Below are positions 55,245 through 63,722 of a stretch of DNA of 64,000 nt, piece by piece. The position numbers and the translations under genes were made by a program. The DNA lies in IMG/VR virus record IMGVR_UViG_3300029543_000199, one strand, 5' to 3'. The DNA comes from a virus. Taxonomy: Duplodnaviria; Heunggongvirae; Uroviricota; Caudoviricetes. The notes beneath the pieces were generated by a model, which was not told the DNA's origin, did not search any database, and saw nothing but the letters and a program-made list of their open reading frames with translations. The stretch's first letter is position 1. Every line of letters starts with the position of its first letter.

Positions 55245-55715
55245 GTGATACATATGAAATGTAAGCAATGTGAAGGAAAAGGAATGATTGGTCTTGGAGT
55301 AGGAATCAGAGGGGTAACAAAATGTCCCGTATGTAATGGCAAAGGCGAGGTTCCGGATAATTCTACTACAAAGGTAGCTGTTATATTCGATAGATGGTTC
55401 ATCGCGCCAGACGAATTAAATGAATTTTGTCAAAGTATCGGGTACGAAAACCCGGATTACCCAAACGACTTTGATTTAATGTTTGACCCAAGAGTTGCTC
55501 AATTTTGTCAGCAGAATTTGACTAGATTATGGGGAGAACATGTATACAGAGGACGAGAAAGCTGCGATTTTAGATGTGGTTTTGCAGGAGCTGGCTATAT
55601 CAGACAAATAGACACATCTCAGACATGGAGATTGTCTTACAATCATGTGGACGCTCCGGTGATTGACTATGTGCAGGTTAGCACGAATAAATACGGATAC
55701 CTTTCCGTATTATAA
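55245..55715 (+). CDS. Protein with DnaJ-type CxxCxGxG zinc-finger repeats
   Basis: CKQCEGKG...CPVCNGKG. Confidence 0.5.
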   Translation: MIHMKCKQCEGKGMIGLGVGIRGVTKCPVCNGKGEVPDNSTTKVAVIFDRWFIAPDELNEFCQSIGYENPDYPNDFDLMFDPRVAQFCQQNLTRLWGEHVYRGRESCDFRCGFAGAGYIRQIDTSQTWRLSYNHVDAPVIDYVQVSTNKYGYLSVL

Positions 55716-55725
55716 GGAGGAATTT

Positions 55726-56925
55726 ATGATTTACTTAGATAACTCAGCAACAACTCCGATTCACCCGGATGTGCTCAATGCTATGATGCCATACTTAAAG
55801 GGTGGATATGGGAATGCGGGGGCTGTTTATAGGATTGGACGAGAATCTGCAAAAGCTATTCAGAAAGCAAGAGAGCAGGTTGCTCAGTTATTTAATGCTT
55901 CCGCCGATCAGATTGTATTTACATCTGGAGGAAGCGAAGGAAGCAATATGGTGTTCTCATACGGCATGAGATGTATGCTTGAAGAGCTGGGGAAGAAACA
56001 TGTTGTGATTTCTCAGATTGAACATGATTCAGTGTATGAAGCAGCGACGCACATGTTCAAACCATCTGGGAATGTGAATATAAAAGACGACTTTTATACA
56101 CACTTTATACATACAAAGCAGGACGGAACTATAGATGTTAAGCACTTAGAAGAACTACTTAACACAGATGAAAGCATTGGTCTCGTATCTGTGATGTATG
56201 TAAATAATGAAACAGGGGCTGTAAATCCAATCAACCATATCGGGGAAATGTGTAAAGAGCGTGGAATCTTATTTCATACCGATTGCGTACAAGCTGCCGG
56301 GTGTCATGCGATTGATACGAATTTAATAGGATGTGACTATGCTACAATTTCGGGTCATAAAATATATGCTCCAAAAGGAATCGGTGCGATATATGTCAGG
56401 GATAAGTCAATGGCTAGGTCACTGATATATGGTGGGTCAAACCAAGAGTTCGGTCTCCGTGGAGGTACTGAAAATGTCGCAAGTATCGTTGGCTTAGGGA
56501 AAGCTTGTGACATAATATGTTCAGACTTCGGTGCTCAAAGGGTCACGGTTTCTTTACTCAAGAGATTGTTTTATGAAAATGTAATATCCGGTCTTAAAGA
56601 GTATGGCATTGATGAAAGAGTACATGTGAATGGGGCTTCTGTAGGAGATGTTGGGAAGACATTGAATCTAAGAATAGAGGATATTGACAGTGAGACTCTG
56701 CTGCTTATGCTTGACGCAAAGGGCGTATGTATTTCGGCTGGCTCCGCCTGTCACAGTCATAAATCCGATCCAAGTCGGGTGTTGACATCTATGGGGCTTT
56801 CCGATGATGAGGCTAGGGATTCTGTGAGAATCTCATTTTCGTCAATGAATACTCCGGTTGAAGTTGAGGAAGCTGCTGAGATATTTTCAGCGTGTGTAAA
56901 GACATTGGCTGGATTGCAGCGCTAA
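55726..56925 (+). CDS. Cysteine desulfurase (NifS/IscS-like class V aminotransferase)
   Basis: Start at the ATG with RBS AAGGAGGAATTTATG. MIYLDNSATTP; PLP-Lys motif ISGHKIYAPKGIGAIYV; C-terminal SAGSACHS active-Cys loop. Confidence 0.8.
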   Translation: MIYLDNSATTPIHPDVLNAMMPYLKGGYGNAGAVYRIGRESAKAIQKAREQVAQLFNASADQIVFTSGGSEGSNMVFSYGMRCMLEELGKKHVVISQIEHDSVYEAATHMFKPSGNVNIKDDFYTHFIHTKQDGTIDVKHLEELLNTDESIGLVSVMYVNNETGAVNPINHIGEMCKERGILFHTDCVQAAGCHAIDTNLIGCDYATISGHKIYAPKGIGAIYVRDKSMARSLIYGGSNQEFGLRGGTENVASIVGLGKACDIICSDFGAQRVTVSLLKRLFYENVISGLKEYGIDERVHVNGASVGDVGKTLNLRIEDIDSETLLLMLDAKGVCISAGSACHSHKSDPSRVLTSMGLSDDEARDSVRISFSSMNTPVEVEEAAEIFSACVKTLAGLQR

Positions 56926-56956
56926 TGTTTTAATGATAAAATAGGAGGTGTGCTAC

Positions 56957-57355
56957 ATGGATACAATAGGACTTCAGGTTGATATGAGTTTTTTAAATCA
57001 GTCTGATAGACAATGGATTATGGATACAGCGGATGAACTGTGTCGTAATGATTCATGTGTGGACAAAGAACGTATTAGTCAGATGCTTTATAGCTATCTG
57101 GCTTTACGCAATATAACACAAGGAAGAAACGTAAAGGTAAAATATGAGCTGTTTAAACCATCAAAGAATATGGGATATATCAGTGTAGTTGGAAAGAAAA
57201 TCGACTACTATGATAGTAAGCTTTTCAGAACTGTTGCAATGTTGGCAACAAATTTTGAGGCATATCCAAAAACAAATGGTACAGTTCAGCTCAACTTCAC
57301 GTTTCACAAATTAAGAAAGAAGCGAGGAGATGATTGCAATGGGAAGAGTAATTAA
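56957..57355 (+). CDS. Hypothetical protein
   Basis: RBS AAATAGGAGGTGTGCTACATG. Confidence 0.5.
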   Translation: MDTIGLQVDMSFLNQSDRQWIMDTADELCRNDSCVDKERISQMLYSYLALRNITQGRNVKVKYELFKPSKNMGYISVVGKKIDYYDSKLFRTVAMLATNFEAYPKTNGTVQLNFTFHKLRKKRGDDCNGKSN

Positions 57356-57698
57356 ATGTTTTGATGTAGTAAATATGGTTGTGGAAGAAGGAAGCAATCA
57401 GTTCAAACCATTATGGAAAGTCGATCAGGAAAAACTTGATATTTTGCATGAGTATTGTGATGCAATCGACGGGATTTTAAAAGAGTTTGATGGTGATTCT
57501 ATTGATGTTGATATCGATGATATTAAGATGACAATCTGCATTACTATTGAGTGCGAAGATTTGACCATCGAATCCAAAGAACATCAATTCCATCAGCTCG
57601 TGGAAAGAGCCATAGAGTTTGGATTTGAAAAGTCAAAAGAAAGAGAAGCGATGTGTGTGAAATTCGTGTTCCCAAGTGTATGGGATAAAGCGATGTAG
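57330..57698 (+). CDS. Hypothetical protein
   Basis: 122-aa ORF overlapping the upstream gene. Confidence 0.45.
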   Translation: MIAMGRVIKCFDVVNMVVEEGSNQFKPLWKVDQEKLDILHEYCDAIDGILKEFDGDSIDVDIDDIKMTICITIECEDLTIESKEHQFHQLVERAIEFGFEKSKEREAMCVKFVFPSVWDKAM

Positions 57699-57712
57699 GC
57701 GGAGGTATCTGC

Positions 57713-57943
57713 GTGAATAATAAAAGGCGAGAACTGTTAAAAAATGCAACAGGTCTGCTGGATCAGGCATCCGGAATGGTGCAGAGGGCATTAGATTCAG
57801 AGCAGGATTGCTTGGATAATATGCCGGAAAATCTTCTGGATAGTGAGAGATGTCAGAAAATGGAAGATGCAATAGAGAGACTAGAGGAGGCTATCGAACA
57901 AATAGATAACGCGAAAGATTGTATAGTCGAAGCCTCCGCATAG
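57713..57943 (+). CDS. Small hypothetical protein
   Basis: 76-aa ORF. Confidence 0.4.
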   Translation: MNNKRRELLKNATGLLDQASGMVQRALDSEQDCLDNMPENLLDSERCQKMEDAIERLEEAIEQIDNAKDCIVEASA

Positions 57944-58560
57944 GAGGTATTATGTGGGGTATTGTGATCGTTTTAGTCGGTGGAATTTACTGGGGATATA
58001 AATATATTGATGAGAAGACAAACGCAGAGATTGCTCAGAAGAAAGAAAATGATGCAGCAGAAATCAATAAGAAGATAAATGCGACACTGGAGGAAGAACT
58101 GTTCGTCAAATCATTGTTAAAAAATGAGGATACAAGATGGCAGACGTTGGATTCGATTTCCATAGAATTGGAAGATGTATACGGCGTTTGTTGGGGAAAA
58201 TACTTCCAGGATGATGCGAAGTTCGAGTGGGAAATTTCTACGATATATGCATCATGGGGAAAAGCATATCATCTTCTTCTGTCAAAAAGAGGAAAGACTC
58301 CAAGAATGTTCTCTAAGACATATTCTCTTGCTGGAGGCGGAGAAAAAACCGACCAAACCGTCCGTACATGTAAACATATAGAAAAGAATATCCAGACATA
58401 TTATCCAGAATTACGAATGATGTTTGTTCCGGGTCACGGTATTTCAAGCTCATATGAAAATGAGTATTACGATGATTTATGTCGTGGACAACTGTATTGG
58501 GAGCACAATATCCCACCAAGAAATAAGAAATGGAATCCCAATATTAGACAACTCTGGTAA
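57919..58560 (+). CDS. Hypothetical membrane-anchored protein
   Basis: TM helix IGGIMWGIVIVLVGGIYWGY. Confidence 0.5.
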   Translation: MYSRSLRIGGIMWGIVIVLVGGIYWGYKYIDEKTNAEIAQKKENDAAEINKKINATLEEELFVKSLLKNEDTRWQTLDSISIELEDVYGVCWGKYFQDDAKFEWEISTIYASWGKAYHLLLSKRGKTPRMFSKTYSLAGGGEKTDQTVRTCKHIEKNIQTYYPELRMMFVPGHGISSSYENEYYDDLCRGQLYWEHNIPPRNKKWNPNIRQLW

Positions 58561-58585
58561 TTTCTGCCAGCTGCCAAATATACAT

Positions 58586-58616
58586 TGACAGATAATAAGA
58601 TACATGATAAAATTAC
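58586..58616 (+). promoter_or_regulatory. Sigma70-like promoter (TTGACA - 17 nt - extended TGATAAAAT)
   Basis: TTGACAGATAATAAGATACATGATAAAAT in a 300-nt intergenic gap. Confidence 0.4.
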
Positions 58617-58864
58617 AATAAACCGAACGAATGTTCGTGTGACGACCGAACATTTCTCAATAAAAAAGTAGCTGTGAAACAACCACGAAACACAGCTACT
58701 TAACATCAGACCGCGCAAACAACCACTTTCACACGGCTTCTGAATCGGTAGTGGAGCGACATGAATCAGCCACTACGATCATGAATACATGCCCACTATA
58801 GAACACATATTCTGATTGTAGTATGCCACATCACTGCTAAAAAGTCAATGGAGGAATACTGCAA

Positions 58865-59230
58865 ATGAATGGGAAAATCGGGAATAATCATAAAAAAGTT
58901 TCGATTGTTGAATTAAAAGATTACCTTTCAAAAGAAAGGTATAATAAGTATATTTTTTCAAGTAATTATCAGAGCAATATTAACAATTACACACTCAGAT
59001 GTAGTATGATATTCGAGCAGCTTGATGTATTATTTAATCCGAATAAAATTTTCATACACAGTAGATGCGATTCGCCAGATAAAGGGCAGTATATAGTCAT
59101 CGAAAAAGTGAAATATGCGTACATAGAAGAACTTGAGTATGGAATTTTGATGGAAATTGTGTGCGGTAATATATCAAACGACATTGATAATCATACATAT
59201 ACAGTTGTTGCTGAGATTTTTAACAAGTAA
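58865..59230 (+). CDS. Hypothetical protein
   Basis: 121 aa, RBS AATGGAGGAATACTGCAAATG. Confidence 0.5.
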   Translation: MNGKIGNNHKKVSIVELKDYLSKERYNKYIFSSNYQSNINNYTLRCSMIFEQLDVLFNPNKIFIHSRCDSPDKGQYIVIEKVKYAYIEELEYGILMEIVCGNISNDIDNHTYTVVAEIFNK

Positions 59231-59322
59231 ATTATTTTATTAGCTTGACATATTGGGGATAGTATGCTATTCTTTAACTGTAAAACAACAGAAACAAATT
59301 ACAGTGAAAGGAGTGGCAGCCT

Positions 59323-59751
59323 TTGAAGAACAGTAACAACATAAGAAATCCAAAGATAGGAGACATATACCTCGTATATTTCAATGGAAATGGAAACGAG
59401 CAAAATGGTTATAGACCTGGCTTAGTATTCCAAAATAATGTGGGAAATCAGCATAGTCCTAACTTAATTGTATTACCACTTACAAGTGCATTGAAGAAAA
59501 CCACACAACCAACGCATGTATTCATACCAAAGGAGGTCGGACTCCGTAAGGACAGTATGGTATTATGTGAAAATCCAGAATGTATGTCAAAGTACAAATT
59601 GGGAGATTATATTACAACACTACCAGAAGAATATATGGCACAGGTTGCAGTTGGAAATATATTATCTTCATCAGCAATATCATTCATAGATCCTGACTTA
59701 CTGATGAGTGTTTGGCAGAAAGCTTTGGCATTAAATGCAATAGCTAATTAG
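59323..59751 (+). CDS. MazF/PemK-family endoribonuclease toxin
   Basis: KIGDIYLVYFNGNGNEQNGYRPGLVFQNNVGNQHSPNLIVLPLTSALKKTTQPTHVFI closely follows the MazF/PemK consensus GDIYxVDFxPxxGxEQxGxRPxLVxSxxxFNxxSxLVIVxPxTS. Confidence 0.75.
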   Translation: MKNSNNIRNPKIGDIYLVYFNGNGNEQNGYRPGLVFQNNVGNQHSPNLIVLPLTSALKKTTQPTHVFIPKEVGLRKDSMVLCENPECMSKYKLGDYITTLPEEYMAQVAVGNILSSSAISFIDPDLLMSVWQKALALNAIAN

Positions 59752-59760
59752 GAGGAGCAG

Positions 59761-60717
59761 ATGTATAATGAAGAAGTGAAACATCGATTTATGAGAGAAA
59801 CGGTTGCTTCGACACCGTACAAATTGAAATTATGTGAGTCAATATTCAATAGCACAGAGCAATTTGAAGAAGGATGGGGAGCAGATTTATGCACGAGATC
59901 TGCAGAAGAGCTTCAACCGATGGTAAATCAGCTTGCAGGATTTAGAGCAAGAAGCAAGTGGTCAAAACTCATTCTATTAAAAGAGTATGTAAAATGGTGC
60001 ATAGAGATGGGGATTGACGGAGCAAGTCCAGGAATGCTAGAGATTAAGACTGTTGGGCTTGATAAAGTAAAACAGCAAACGATAGCAAATCCGAAGCATC
60101 TGCAGAATTATTTGAATGCAATATGCGAACCGGCGGAGAAACAGGCGACTGATAATATATATCGATGTTATTATTGGTTGGCATACGCTGGAATGGATGA
60201 GGAGGACATCTTAAATGTAAAATGCTCAGATGTTGATTTTAAAACTCTCACGGTAAAATATGATAAGAAATATACGGTTGTTCCTATCTATCCAGAAGGA
60301 TTGGAGGCTTTTCATAATTGTGTTGAATTAGATAGCTTTGCATTCCTACATCCAAATTATTCACATGAGATACGAAAGGAAAGAGCAGCCGGTGATACAT
60401 TGATTCGAGGAATAAGATCCGCCTTAACAATAAAGGCATTGAGAGTTGAGCTATCGAGAAGATCGAAGAATAAAAGCGACAACACTCCGCTGAAATTGAG
60501 TTACTTTAGAGTCTGGATTTCTGGAGTTTTCTACAGAATGTACGAGCAAGAAACCATTGGAGTACCGCCAGATTTTAATGCAATCGTATCTCAGCAGATG
60601 GAAGGGAAGACATACAAGCTGGATAGCGGAAGAAACACAACAGAAGCGAAACATAGACAGCTTGTAAGAGATTATGAAGAAGACTATGAAAGATGGAAAC
60701 TTGCATGGTTTTTATAA
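59761..60717 (+). CDS. Hypothetical protein (possible integrase/recombinase-related DNA-binding protein)
   Basis: 318-aa ORF, RBS TTAGGAGGAGCAGATG; no clear catalytic motif. Confidence 0.45.
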   Translation: MYNEEVKHRFMRETVASTPYKLKLCESIFNSTEQFEEGWGADLCTRSAEELQPMVNQLAGFRARSKWSKLILLKEYVKWCIEMGIDGASPGMLEIKTVGLDKVKQQTIANPKHLQNYLNAICEPAEKQATDNIYRCYYWLAYAGMDEEDILNVKCSDVDFKTLTVKYDKKYTVVPIYPEGLEAFHNCVELDSFAFLHPNYSHEIRKERAAGDTLIRGIRSALTIKALRVELSRRSKNKSDNTPLKLSYFRVWISGVFYRMYEQETIGVPPDFNAIVSQQMEGKTYKLDSGRNTTEAKHRQLVRDYEEDYERWKLAWFL

Positions 60718-60808
60718 GTTCATATTAGGCTAATAGCCATATTGATCGCCTGCTACAGAGTGGGCTTTCAATTACATATATCATGCTAATTAAATAATTT
60801 ACAGTATG

Positions 60809-60879
60809 GGGGTATCGCCAAGTGGTAAGGCATAGCACTTTGACTGCTAAATTCGTTGGTTCAAATCCAACTACCCCTG
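60809..60879 (+). tRNA. tRNA-Gln-like (anticodon TTG) with a 6-nt anticodon loop
   Basis: GGGGGTA-TC-GCC-AAGTGGTAA-GGC-A-TAGCA-CTTGAC-TGCTA-AATTC-GTTGG-TTCAAAT-CCAAC-TACCCCT-G. Near-identical in architecture to Firmicutes tRNA-Gln, but the loop reads CTTGAC instead of CTTTGAC. Confidence 0.6.
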
Positions 60880-60922
60880 CTAGGGTGTAACAGCCCACAA
60901 TAAAACTGAAAGGAGATAACAA

Positions 60923-61501
60923 ATGATTACAGAAGCAAAGAGAATTGCAAACCATGACAGAGTAGTGGAACTTCTCAATTCGGTAAGCAGAGATGGTATT
61001 GATGAATTGCTGAAGTGGCTTGAAGAATCTGATTTTTTCAATGCTCCAGCATCACATGCGTACCACGGTTCATACATCGGAGGTTTATGTGAGCATTCGT
61101 TGAATGTTTACGATGAAGTTCAGAGACTTTTGAAGGCTTATCCGGAAGTAAGTGTGCCAGAGGAATCTGTGATTATTGCAGCACTGCTTCATGATTTATG
61201 CAAAGTAAATTTTTATGCTACTGAAAAGCGAAATCGAAAGAATAGCGAAACAAATCAGTGGGAAAGCTACGATGCATTTACAATCAAAGAAAAATTCTGC
61301 TATGGCGGTCACGGAAGTAAATCAGTGTTCCTCGCTCAGAACTTCATTAAGCTGACACCGACAGAGGCAGTGGCTATTAACTGCCATATGAGCGTATGGG
61401 ACGGCAATAAAGATGTTGGACGGGCATATGAAAAATGTTGGTTTGCATGGCTTTTACATGTCGCAGACGAAAGTGCTACATATATCATGGAAGGAGAATA
61501 A
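60923..61501 (+). CDS. HD-domain phosphohydrolase
   Basis: H...HD pattern: ASHAYHGSYIGGLCEHS...AALLHDLCK. Confidence 0.65.
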   Translation: MITEAKRIANHDRVVELLNSVSRDGIDELLKWLEESDFFNAPASHAYHGSYIGGLCEHSLNVYDEVQRLLKAYPEVSVPEESVIIAALLHDLCKVNFYATEKRNRKNSETNQWESYDAFTIKEKFCYGGHGSKSVFLAQNFIKLTPTEAVAINCHMSVWDGNKDVGRAYEKCWFAWLLHVADESATYIMEGE

Positions 61502-61503
61502 GG

Positions 61504-61782
61504 ATGCGAAGACGCAATGTAGGAAAGGAGACAGTAGAGATCGATGTACTCCAGAAAAAGAATGAGGAACTCAAACAGTTTGTTGAAAGATACGATAGTG
61601 CTGTAGCAGTTGTGACAGGCACAATCAATAATCTCAAGGAAATCAATGAGAATATCGGAGAGAAAATCAAGGAAATTGAAGAGTATCAGACAGAGCTGGC
61701 AAGAACCAGAAATGGTCTTGATGATACGAGATTAAAAAATGAGCAGATCATTAAAAATTTCAGTGCGCTTATCGAAGCGTAG
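61504..61782 (+). CDS. Coiled-coil hypothetical protein
   Basis: Start moved to the ATG just after the HD-gene stop (TAAGGATG). Confidence 0.45.
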   Translation: MRRRNVGKETVEIDVLQKKNEELKQFVERYDSAVAVVTGTINNLKEINENIGEKIKEIEEYQTELARTRNGLDDTRLKNEQIIKNFSALIEA

Positions 61783-61794
61783 TAAGGAGGAACT

Positions 61795-62487
61795 ATGGCA
61801 GAAACATTAAATCTGATTCAGAAACTTGCAAAAATTCGTGCAATTTCTGATGTAGTAGCAAAAGAAAAACGAGGATACAATTACAGCTATGCGGATATCA
61901 CAACAATTTTGGCTAAGATTACAGCAGGTATGAAGAAGTACGGCGTATCACTGATTCCGCAGATTGTTCCAGGAACCGCAAATGTAGAACAGTCCGTATC
62001 TTCAACAACGAAATTTACAAAAACAGGAGAGGCATATGAAGCAAAGACAACGGAGATGCTTGTAACTGCCGACATGATTTTCAAATGGGTAAACGATGAA
62101 GACCCAGAGGACTATATCGAGGTTCCGTGGTTTGTCACAGGATCGCAGGGCGACCCGTCACAAGCACTTGGATCAGGTCTTACATATTGCACAAGATACT
62201 TCCTTTGCAATTATTTCCAGATCGCACAGGCTGATTCGGATGTAGATGCATACAGAAGCAAGCAGAAAGAAGCGGAGTCTTCAGAAGATAGAGCGATTGC
62301 AGAGGAGATTATTTCTCAGTTCGATGCTCAAGTAAGAACATTCCTTGCGGATAATCCTGGAAAATCAGATGAAGTAAAAACATTTGTTAAGAGATATGTT
62401 AAGAGTGGAAACTATCTCGCAATTAAAGAGCCTGCATTAGCAGCAGACTTGCTCGCAAAGTTCAATGAGAAATTCATTACAAAATAA
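61795..62487 (+). CDS. ERF-family single-strand annealing protein
   Basis: LIQKLAKIRAISDVVAKEKRGYNYSYADITTILAKITAGMKKYGVSLIPQI matches the ERF N-terminal pattern (K..G..Y.Y..L..IL). Confidence 0.55.
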   Translation: MAETLNLIQKLAKIRAISDVVAKEKRGYNYSYADITTILAKITAGMKKYGVSLIPQIVPGTANVEQSVSSTTKFTKTGEAYEAKTTEMLVTADMIFKWVNDEDPEDYIEVPWFVTGSQGDPSQALGSGLTYCTRYFLCNYFQIAQADSDVDAYRSKQKEAESSEDRAIAEEIISQFDAQVRTFLADNPGKSDEVKTFVKRYVKSGNYLAIKEPALAADLLAKFNEKFITK

Positions 62488-62513
62488 TACATATAAGAAA
62501 GGCGGAACTACAC

Positions 62514-62903
62514 ATGGGATTTAGAACAGGAAGCTATGCGACAATTTGGACAGTAGAAAGTGCATCAGACACTCGAACAAAAGCAAGAATTTCTATTAGC
62601 AGAAAGAATAAACAGACAGGAGAATACGACACAGATTTTTCCGGGTTTGTAGATTTCATTGGAACTGCTGCTGCTAGGAAAGCTCTGTCTCTGAAAGAGA
62701 AAGACAGAATTAAGCTCGGAGATGTTGATGTCACAAACAACTACAGCAAAGAGACAGGGAAGACATATACCAATTTCAAGATCTTCAGTTTTGAGACACA
62801 GGCAGAAATCAATGGCGGTGGAAGTGGAAATTCAGGATATAGTACAGAGCCACAGAAATCTGTAGACAGTGGCGAGATTGATGACTCACAGCTTCCATTT
62901 TAG
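62514..62903 (+). CDS. ssb: Single-stranded DNA-binding protein (SSB)
   Basis: OB-fold N-terminus; Gly/Ser-rich linker; acidic tail ending DDSQLPF. Confidence 0.7.
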   Translation: MGFRTGSYATIWTVESASDTRTKARISISRKNKQTGEYDTDFSGFVDFIGTAAARKALSLKEKDRIKLGDVDVTNNYSKETGKTYTNFKIFSFETQAEINGGGSGNSGYSTEPQKSVDSGEIDDSQLPF

Positions 62904-62912
62904 AGGTGAAAG

Positions 62913-63722
62913 ATGGGAGAAATAAGTTATCGACCTTTAATTGAGGCGATGACCTGGAGCTATAGCAGACTCGAAATATTTGACGACTGCCCTTACAGAT
63001 GGTTCCTGACATATATACATACTCCAAAATTAAAAAAAGAAGATAAATTCTACGCAATTTATGGACTGTTCATGCATGACTTGCTTGAGAAATATTATAA
63101 AGGTGAAAATTCTAAAGAAGAAATACTGATAATGTTTCTCACGCAATTCAAAGAGCGTACCAAAGGAACCGGTAGACCAAAGTCAGCAACGGTTCAGAAG
63201 TATTTTCAGTCAGGTATAGAATTTATCAAGTCTTTAGAACCTATGAGATTCAAAATGATTTCGGTTGAGGAGAAGATAGATTTTAAGATCGGCGAACTTA
63301 ACTTTACCGGAAGAATTGATTACCTAGGAGAGGAAGATGGAGAACTGATTATCGTAGACAATAAATCAAGAGACTTAAAACAGAGGAGTAAGCGAGAAAA
63401 ACCTACATTAAAAGATAAGGAACTTGATTCGATGCTACGACAGCTGTATATATATGCAGAAGCAGTACGTCAGAAGTATGGTAGATTGCCGAAATTATTA
63501 TGTTTTAACTGTTTTAGGACAGGAGTGTTTATCGAAGAACCGTTTAACGAAGACGCATATCACGAAGCCTTATCATGGGCGCAGAGTAAAGTCGAAGAAA
63601 TATCAGGCGCAGATGAATTCTATCCTAATCGGGAATTTTTCTCATGCTACTATCTTTGCGGATTGAGCAATCATTGCTGCTACGATAGAGAAGCACGAGC
63701 CGAGAGGAGGACTAGATCATGA
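62913..63722 (+). CDS. PD-(D/E)XK nuclease, Cas4/RecB-like, with a C-terminal 4-Cys cluster
   Basis: GRIDYLGEEDGELIIVDNKS (D...E.K core); CYYLCGLSNHCC Cys cluster. Confidence 0.65.
   Translation: MGEISYRPLIEAMTWSYSRLEIFDDCPYRWFLTYIHTPKLKKEDKFYAIYGLFMHDLLEKYYKGENSKEEILIMFLTQFKERTKGTGRPKSATVQKYFQSGIEFIKSLEPMRFKMISVEEKIDFKIGELNFTGRIDYLGEEDGELIIVDNKSRDLKQRSKREKPTLKDKELDSMLRQLYIYAEAVRQKYGRLPKLLCFNCFRTGVFIEEPFNEDAYHEALSWAQSKVEEISGADEFYPNREFFSCYYLCGLSNHCCYDREARAERRTRS

Noticed and set aside
58668-58702. Intrinsic terminator call for the 9-bp hairpin
   Set aside because: The stem is strong but followed by AACATCAGACC rather than a U-tract. Described only as a hairpin within a candidate small-RNA region.
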